Source of the DNA: Chrysomallon squamiferum
Taxonomy: Eukaryota > Animalia > Mollusca
Length of the DNA: 64,000 bases
Direction: 5' to 3'
Assembly (NCBI GenBank): GCA_012295275.1
Contig: CM022669.1
Coordinates: 8,742,001-8,806,000 of the forward strand
This document shows, piece after piece, positions 55,144-64,000 of the stretch. Position numbers and translations under genes: made by a program. Each line of letters starts with the position of its first letter. Within the stretch, counting starts at the first letter, position 1. Under the pieces are notes generated by a model. It searched no databases. It saw only the letters and a program-made list of their open reading frames with translations, and was not told where the DNA came from.

Positions 55144-57376
55144 ATATAAAGAATTATAAATATTATTTAATTTCTTAAAATTTTCAAATTTTTTAATTAT
55201 ACTAAAATAAATGTTCTGGCTGATTCACTGTTTTTGATAATCCATTCTTCCATTGTATGTACTTCAGTTTTGAAAAACTGGACAGTATACATTTAATTTT
55301 CTGTACAGCGGTATTACAGCTTTATTGCAATGTAGAATTTTTTATATTTCCATGAAACCATCCCATAATGCATGTAATTGATACACATGATCACATGTCA
55401 TGTGAGTTATATGTAAATTTTGCAGACAATGAAGCAAGAAATCCAGAGAAGACTGGATCGTGTTGAGTACATTACCTACAGTCCTATCATGTTGACAGAA
55501 ATGGTGCAGCGTGCAGTCTCATCAGGTATGTAATAAATACACACACAAATCAATTTAATTATATATCTGACAACTAAATTTTTTTTTTTTCAGTAGATTT
55601 CAAAATGCAGTTATAAATGTATACTATTAAAATTATTGTTATATTTTTTAAATTATTACAATGTTTGTTTTTTTGTTTTTTTCCAGGTCCAAACCATTAC
55701 TACTACAGAATGAAGGCTTTGGATGCTTATTCAAATGCCAGTAAGTTATTCTGTTAAAAATACTTATGTGTTCAGAACAATGTAATTATAGTAATAATAG
55801 TTTAAATAATTATATTCTGAACTGTTTTCATTTCATTTTTCATTTTCATTATTTAAACAACAACTTTGAATTATATGATAAAATGTTCTAATATTGAATT
55901 ACACTGATTCAAACAACATAATTCTAATTTTAAATTACATAAATTTCAGTCTATAATGTTGAATTATCTCAAACATTGTTTATACCTATAGATGCACATC
56001 TTTAACATAATTCAAATACATCTGTGTGTGTGTTTGTGTTTTCAGTTGAGTGTTTACAGGAGATGTCAGGTGACATGGATGTACGTTTACCAGGTCAAAC
56101 ACTGAGACAGTATCTGTTTACGTTGTGTCCGTCAGCCATAACTGGTCCAGCACCTCTGAGTAACACCATCCACCACTTCGCTGATTCATACGAACAAGCT
56201 CGATATGACCCCAGTGTCAGTTTATTTACATTACTTTTAAAAAACAGTTGATTTACCTTCATTCTGATATTTATTTATGCAAGCTAATTTATATTCTTTG
56301 TTATGAAATTTATTTATCTGAGTTGATTAATATTTATTATTACAAAATTCAAGACTTTAACTTTTGAAACTTACAAAACTCACGTGGTTACTTTCTATAA
56401 TTATCAATAAATCTCCTACATTTCATTAATTGTTCATTAATTATATTTGTTTGCATGCTGTCTTATAATATAGTTTAAATTTTAAAATAGTTTTTATTTG
56501 ATTCAATTTTTTTTTTAACAGTTCTAAAATCTATTCTTTTTTTTGTGGTTGTAGTATTTTTTAAATTCCTGTATATATATACAAATGTTGGTAGAATGAA
56601 AACTATATTCTTATTACAAATATTAAAATAAAAATTAATTTTGTTACTTTTAAAATTATTTATTAGCAAATACACAAACATTTATTAAATAATAACAAAT
56701 GTGTTTTCAGATATTTGGAGAAGAAAAATTTATAGAATACATGGAACTGCTTGACAGAATAATCAGAATGCAAGTATTTTTGTTAATTTTACTTTGCACA
56801 GATATTTGATAAATGAAGTGTTTACTATCTATCTTGCAATTTCATTTTCTTAACTTCTGAAAAATGTATATATGTATCTATTTGTTCTACTGCATCAGTA
56901 ACAGATGATGTTATATGAGAAACAGTAAACATTTTAAAAATCTAATAGTCCTAAGTGATGATATATTTTATGATGTAAATGTCTTTCAAAAACTAATTGT
57001 CAGGGTTGATGTTGTAGCTGTGTTTTGCAGGATAAAAGAAGACACGGGGAAGAGAACGACGTCATCGCCGTACAGGATGAAAACAACTGCTGAAACTGAG
57101 GTGGTATTTCGTCCTGGGAAGAACGGTTTGGATGATGCCACAGTCAGTGTTCAGATGGCAAAGACTTCCAAAGATTCTAGTAAGACCTGCACGATTGCTA
57201 AGCCTCAGCTTAGACCAAGACGCTGTCTCCATGACGATGCAGTGGAACACACTGGTTTTGTTGACAGTGTCAAGTCTAGTGGGTACAGTAGTACCGAGAG
57301 GTCAAGCAGCAGTAGGGGCAGTGTGGAAAAACTCATTATCACAGAGAGTTCATCAGAGGACAAGGGCAAAGTCTAG
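54257..57376 (+). CDS. C1orf43: NICE-3 / C1orf43 family single-pass membrane protein
   Basis: Exons 54257-54310, 54737-54838, 55426-55525, 55687-55740, 56046-56215, 56711-56769 (GC donor), 57031-57376. MAELGLVSVVLFIATGGLVFILLFLFAKRQITRFTLKSARRPHINIGFDAPK, YYYRMKALDAY, YEQARYDPSIFGEE match recalled human C1orf43 motifs (VFVLLFIFVKRQIMRF, YRMKALDA, YETARYG..VFG). Confidence 0.88.
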
Positions 57377-57392
57377 CATCATCATAAATATT

Positions 57393-57500
57393 GTTTCAGA
57401 ACAAGAGGGAAGTTAATTTTTCTTGGTTTCAGAACAAAGTGGAAGTTAATTTTTCTTGGTTTCAGAACAAAGTGGAAGTTAATTTTTCTTGGTTTCAGAA
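57393..57500. repeat. ~33-bp tandem repeat just after the C1orf43 stop
   Basis: tttcagaacaaagtggaagttaatttttcttgg x3. Confidence 0.85.
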
Positions 57501-60500
57501 TAACATGGATTAAATTTTTCTGATTCCACATTTTTTTTGGAAAATAGTGCTTTGCTAATGAGTAACAAGGAGAAAGTTTGTGGATGTTGCACTGTTACTG
57601 TTTTGAAGACATTTTGTTTATCTTTGGAAAAGTCTGTCACAAGACATAATTGGATATTGTAAGCTGAAGATAAATAGATTTAAGCAATTAGATTTTTGTT
57701 TATCTCTTTCTAGTGAATACAAGATTTAGATCAGTTACCTGAATCTGAAAAGTCCTGTCTGAGAAATTAATTGTATTATTAATCAGTTCATTTGTTTCTG
57801 ATCACCAGTATTAAAAATTAAATTATGGATTGTTTTTATATTGGAACAGTCATTAACATTATACTCTGATATGATATTATTCACAATCACAAATTCCTCA
57901 AAGTCAAATGAAAGACTAAAATGTCGGCAATTTTCCTAAGCATCAGTTTAGTGACACTGAAGATTTGACTTTGTTGATTTGATGTGCAATACCCATTTTA
58001 ATCTTTAATTTTTTTTTATTGTACTGCCATCTTTCAAAAATACCTACAATCTTATTATTGTAGCTTTATAAACTAAGAGAAAACTAAGATGACAATAAAT
58101 CTTGTAATTAAAACAAAAAAAATTCAGTTACCTCATAATAACATTGCTAGGTGGCACTGGAAAACTCATTTCAGTTACTTAATGAATTTCACAACGATTT
58201 ATTTTCACATATTTTCATTATACGTTGCTGATACTTTATACACTGATATTAATTATTATTGAGAGGTTCTGGCTAACTGACACAAATACGTCATTAAATA
58301 CAGTGATTAATGAATGTCCACAATTTTCATTTTTAAAGACATCACTGGGTTTTACTTTGAAAAAAACTATATTTCTGAATTTTCAAGACACTGCAACTTC
58401 ATTTAAATTATTATATTTGATAAACTCAGTAATGGGTGTACTATATATATATCAGCTGGAATTAGATGTTAGTGTACTTAAAACTTTAATTCAGTTGGTT
58501 TTATCACAAATTTTCTACTGTTGTCAATATCTGTATTTAACTTGTTTGTGATCAACTGGAGATGATAATTTTAATCACAGCGTTTTGATCTTTTGTGCCT
58601 TAAGTGAAAACTTCTTTTTCTTGTTACTATGGCTACCTCTGTTTCTTGCCAAATAACTTTTCTTTTCTAAATTACTTATTTTACAAAGTTATGTTTTGTG
58701 TGTGTGTAATCTGAACTGTTGTGTCTAAATATCACAAGATTATATTTAATTTCTTTCTTCTGAACATGCAGGCTTGTATAAATATTTAACTCAAAGTATG
58801 TGAATTTTAAATAATAATGACTCTTTTTAGAATAAGAATGAAATGAATGTGGAAATCATTGTTTATATTGTGTTCAGTTAAGAGAGATATTTCAGGAAAA
58901 CAAAATATGATCAACAAGCTGCAGGTTATAGATTAAATGAATTGTAAATGAGGTACATATTATCTAAACAGATTTTGAAAACCTCTAGGTTCATAAATAT
59001 TGGCAATCAGGTTTTTTAGCAGTAATGTCTTTTTTTTAATGAAAAAGTAACAACCAGCTGGTGTTGACAGCACTGAAATTTTCACTTACTGTGATGACAT
59101 TTAACAAAATATATTAATTTTAAAAACCTGTTACACTGAGTAGGACACACACACACACACACACATTGTTTTCAGCATTTTAATCAAATTAAAACAATAA
59201 ATAAGCATGTTATGCATTTAAAAGTTTAATTTAAGTTAAAACTATTAATATTGTCTAATTTTTTCTTGAAGAATTTTAGTTTGTGTTCATATTAAAGGTG
59301 TGTGTGTTTGTGTTTATAAATGCAAATCTAAACAGATGTACGTATAAAAGTGCTTTAACTTGCATGTTTTATTGTCCCTTCTTATTTATACTTTTATTTA
59401 GTTTTATTTCAACTTGTAGGTATATTTAGCTGTTCAGTCCTCAGATAATGTGCTTCATTTTTGTTTAAAGGTGTTTTAGTTGCATCTATTAACTGTGAAA
59501 TATTGTTAAATGTATTACCAGTTTTCCATGTTCAAGATTATCATTAAATTTTAATCTTGAAAAAACTAAAATTGTAATTGCACATTGTAGATCTTGGTGT
59601 GACCCATTAATGATTATGTTAAGAAAGAAGCTTTATGTTATTAGAGTTACATCTAAACTCGCATGTTACACAACAAAACATCACTGTGTTTCTAATGTCA
59701 AGTATTTTATAGATATTATTTTAATTTTATGATGTTACAGTGTTTTGATTGAAGGATGTTATGTTGGTGATATGAATGTATAAACTCAATGTGACATAAT
59801 GTTTTAAATGTTTACAAATCAAAGATGTGTTTCTAATTTATATATAGAAACTTACTGTGTAGATAAATTTGTAAATAAATACTTTGGAATATATGATTGA
59901 TTCATATACCGTAAATAATTGTTACTAAATTACGTACTGTATACACATTATTGATATAGCCACTGTTTCTTCCATACCTGTGTAGATAAATATTTTATTT
60001 CTTCTAAAATCTGCCTGTAATATATATTCTGTTTCTGAGCTGATTACTCAAATGTCACACAATCATGAACAGTTATGTAAATTATACAAGAAGTCAGATA
60101 TCTTGTTAAGTAATTACTTGTGTTTCCTTTACTCTTTTTAATCACTGATTTTAATTTACTTAATATAGCTTTGTGTTTTCAGTGTTACATAACTACAGTT
60201 TTGTCTCATAAAACAATTTTTTAAAAGTAATTTAGTGTAACATGTAAGATAAAAGATTAGATTAAAAATTATTTTAATCATCTCAAATTAGTTTTGAGTA
60301 TTTGTTTTCACCTGCAAGATAGTCATTTTATTTATATTTAGAAAACTGGCTAATACATCTAAGTTAGAACAACGATTTTTTTTAATTTTTTTTTTTTTTG
60401 GTGATGTTTTCGTTTTAATTTTTTGCTATTATTTATTTATTTATTTTTGCTGAGGAGATAATTATAAGGGATTTACAAGTATGAAAAGTTGAGTACCAGT

Positions 60501-61895
60501 GAAATGAAGAAATAGTTACTGTTAACAGGGTTACTCCAATCAGCATACACATACTGTGTGTGAATGTGTTATTTGCTTTTAAATCTGAGTTATCTTAATA
60601 TTTCAGCATGATTTATTTTGTAAATATTTCAGTGGAAAAAAAACAACAACAGACAATATGGAATATGTAAAGGCGTTTTACATTTTACTGTGTTCTACAC
60701 AACTGTATATGTAAAATATTTGTTTTGCTTGTTTTTATCAGTTCCTTTTAACCTGTAGATCATGTGATAATTCTTATCATTGTAGATATACATCATACAT
60801 TTAACTATATACATATTTATATTTTTAGAAGGTATAATAATAGCAGCAATAATCTTTACTGAGTATTCATTTATTGATTTACAAGTAGTATTCAATTTGT
60901 TAGGTGCATGTTGTGTGCAATTCTAATAAAACATTCCAAGTGATGATAATTGTTTCTGTTGTCTCAGTGTATTGTTTACATTGTTTACACACAATATGTA
61001 CATGTTACTTAAACATGGATGATGGCTGTTAGATAATATCTCTGACCACTGACAATACAGTTCTATAAAAATCTCAGTTTGTGTGTGAAGACTGATTTTG
61101 TTTTTGAATCAGTCACCTAAACTGAAAACACAATTTTTTTTATTCTTATGAACAAATTTGCACCAAAACCAAACAAACAAACAAAACATGTTATCACAGG
61201 CAAAAATGGGGTATGGCTTTCATCAGAGCCAGAAGATAGGGGAGATAATAAAAACAAGGGGGAAAACATCCCTATCAAAGATTTATAAGTTGCATATTAA
61301 AGAGAAAAACTGAAAACAGAAATGGATATATTTCAGTAGTAAAAGACTGATAATAAATTATAAATTATAATTTCAGTCAAAAAAGAAAAAAAAAGAAAAA
61401 AAAGAAAAAAACGCCAGCAGGTGTCATTTGTCTTGTGTGTTCCATCACGTCCGGTTTCAAGTGCAACAAATAACGTCGTCAACAGAAACCAAAATAACTG
61501 TGAAAAGACGTAACAGCTTCTCGATCGGAAACTCAAAATCAGACATAAAGCTTTCTAGAAATGTAGATTATCTAAATATGCCTCGTGATTTTATTTTTAC
61601 AATTATTTTGATCGTTTCGAAACGACATTTCTTACTGTGTACATTTAATAATACACGACACAAAAACCAGTGATATTTAATTGTTTCTAGGAAATACGTT
61701 AGGACAGTATTGTAGCTGAATCTACCATTAAAACACACACCCTTTCCCTCACGAGGTAGAAGGAACAAGAAAAAAGAACGCGAATTAAATATTACTGGTA
61801 ATCACTCGTGCACTGTTTGTCGCTGGTTACCTGATAAATTACAGTAGACATTTTTATCAGTGATAACAAGTAAAATGTAATTAGTGATGTTCAGT

Positions 61896-62585
61896 AGTGG
61901 CGGACTTTAGAAGGGGCACTGTACAAAATCTCCAGTCTATCGAACAATACTTTTTACCTCTTAAATTTTGTTTTTAAAGACAATTTCTTAATACTCTAAC
62001 ACATTATTGTGTTATACTTACAATTATATTTTGTTTTTTTTTCTGTCGATCTGTTTATTTATTCATTCGTTACAGACCATCAGTAGGTCTGTAAGATTAC
62101 GATGTACTGAAAACTATTTTCAGACTGATATTTGTCTAAATGTATGCGCATATAATGAAATGTACCTTTCTTAGGTCATATAAAAAAACCCAAATATTTC
62201 ACAGATAATAAATAATATGAAATGTATATATGTGACGTAAAACACTCACAGATTTACACACGTAGCTGAAAAGTTGTCTGTAGCATACTGGCAATGAAGT
62301 GACAACTGTCTGGCTTTTATCGGGGACAGTGTGGTTGAGTTAACAGCTACGTCAACTACACTTAAAGTACAAATAATAATAATAAGAAGAAGAAGAAATA
62401 AATAAATAAATTCAAATTCTGCAAAATTTATGGATTATTCTTTATTATCAGAAAAAAAACAACAACAAAAAAAAAAAAAAAAAATCCGGTTAAAAATGAA
62501 ATAACTAATTTTATTTCTAACTTTTGGGCTAATTCTTTTGGGCTCTTAATACCCACATTTGTGTTTATATGTTGTGTATGTTGTA

Positions 62586-62629
<44 letters not shown>

Positions 62630-62695
62630 TAAAGCCATGGGTAGGGTGGAATCATTTTGTAAATGAGTTCACGCAAGACTTTGTGCACTATTTTT

Positions 62696-62727
<32 letters not shown>

Positions 62728-62786
62728 TTTTTTTGATTTGTTGTTGTTATTCGAAACTCCCTTGTAAATATTTGGACCCGCCTCTG
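61896..62786. mobile_element. Possible decayed MITE-like element
   Basis: GC-rich ends agtggcggactttagaagggg and ttggacccgcctctg form an imperfect inverted pair; interior is simple repeats. Confidence 0.3.
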
Positions 62787-62906
62787 ATGTCTGGCCTGGT
62801 TTACTGGGTCATTTAGTTTTCATTTTGAACCTAGTTCCTCCGTTGAAGGACGCTGATAACTATTTTCTATCAGAACACGAATCAACATTTGCCCATTTGT
62901 GACACG

Positions 62907-63249
62907 ATGTTGAATTCATCAACTGACGGGGTGGTGTTCACTGAAATCAGACTTCTTCAACCAGTCTGGGATTTACGTCTTGGAAATGAAGAACATTTTT
63001 CTTCTCCTCTCTTTCCTGTTGTTCTTTCTATAATGTTTTATTTAATTCTTTGTTCTTTCATTCATGGATGTTTTTGCATGAGATGTTTATTTACAGCCGG
63101 GAAAATATGTGACGTCACAGATTCTTTGACATTCTTCAACCACGTCGCTTACATTCTTCCTGCGTCTGTCATTCAGTGGAAGTGTGTTTCGACATTCATG
63201 GATGTTTTTCGATTTTCAGTATTACGTTTGGCACTGGAGTCACCACAAG
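62907..63249 (+). pseudogene. Cholesterol 25-hydroxylase-like (fatty acid hydroxylase superfamily) disrupted gene fragment
   Basis: LLQPVWD..SSPLFPVVLSIMFY and FFDFQYYVWHWSHHK resemble CH25H (LQPLWD..QSPFFPVIFS; LFDMEFFVWHLLHHK), but the blocks lie in different frames, with an in-frame TGA in FMDVFA*DVYLQPGKYVT and apparent deletions; donor AAG|gttagt at 63249. Confidence 0.75.
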
Positions 63250-63354
63250 GTTAGTTATTGTCATCTTCAGCTATTAACAGATTTTCATTGTAGTTATCTT
63301 AAGTTAGAGGCTAAGTGTAGATACATAATACCAGAGTTGGTGTTTTTGCATTAC

Positions 63355-63357
<3 letters not shown>

Positions 63358-63448
<91 letters not shown>
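63358..63448. repeat. (GA)n microsatellite
   Basis: Pure GA run of about 90 bp. Confidence 0.97.
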
Positions 63449-63450
<2 letters not shown>

Positions 63451-63645
63451 TGTGTTTAGCAACTGTTTTTGCAAATGTTGGCCTAGCTAAGGAAATCATG
63501 TGACATTTCTTAACAGAGAATAAGTCTGCAACAACTGAACATGGACAGGATTTGTAATTGCTGTTAATGAGATTACATAATTAATTAAATATTATATATA
63601 ATTTGTTTTCATTGTTAAATTTGAAATATATATAATTTAAGAATA

Positions 63646-63720
<75 letters not shown>

Positions 63721-64000
63721 TTAAAAGCAATAGTACCAGTTCTGGAGGTTTGAGACGACCTTTGAGCTTCCATATTGTACTTTTTATAGGTTACAACCTA
63801 AACTGAATCCAGATCAAAACCTTCAGTCAAATAAATAGTCAAAAAGATCAAAACCCCATTTTATGTTTGATCTTAGACACTGAACAGATTAATGTAATTG
63901 GGAGGCCCTGAAAAAATATTTAAATTATAAAATAATATAATGAAAGAACTTGATAGTAATTAGCAATACTCATAAATTGTTTCATTTTAGCTAATGCCAA

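Noticed and set aside
58225-61768. Short ORFs downstream of C1orf43
   Set aside because: AT-rich UTR/intergenic composition, no splice-consistent model or motif.
63085-63095. In-frame TGA in the CH25H-like fragment as selenocysteine or read-through
   Set aside because: Accompanied by frameshifts and deletions; no SECIS recognised.

Overview
AT-rich, intron-rich animal genomic DNA (invertebrate bilaterian; a mollusc/lophotrochozoan is my inference, not proven). Hand-splicing on GT/GC-AG sites and codon phase gives, left to right: the 3' part of a bifunctional membrane-anchored PAM gene (+, 159-8167, 5' end outside the window), MEF2 (-, 15830-20191), a PIAS SUMO E3 ligase (-, 28119-48596) head-to-head with NDUFS7 (+, 49826-52522), a C1orf43/NICE-3 homologue (+, 54257-57376) and a disrupted cholesterol 25-hydroxylase-like fragment (+, 62907-63249). 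The most striking result is hidden modularity in PIAS that the ORF track misses: a tandemly duplicated PINIT-motif exon pair only 42 nt apart (probably mutually exclusive), a candidate SAP-less alternative N-terminus, and a splice-versus-stop switch that adds three distal exons ending in the conserved DVISLD* SUMO-interacting tail, whose stop-codon region has seeded a minisatellite. PIAS lies directly upstream of MEF2, which carries an intact IKMEPVSP phospho-SUMO motif. PAM has two in-phase donors that make a 160-aa acidic linker optional. All isoform calls come from sequence alone and need transcript data; homology calls are from recalled family motifs, not database searches.
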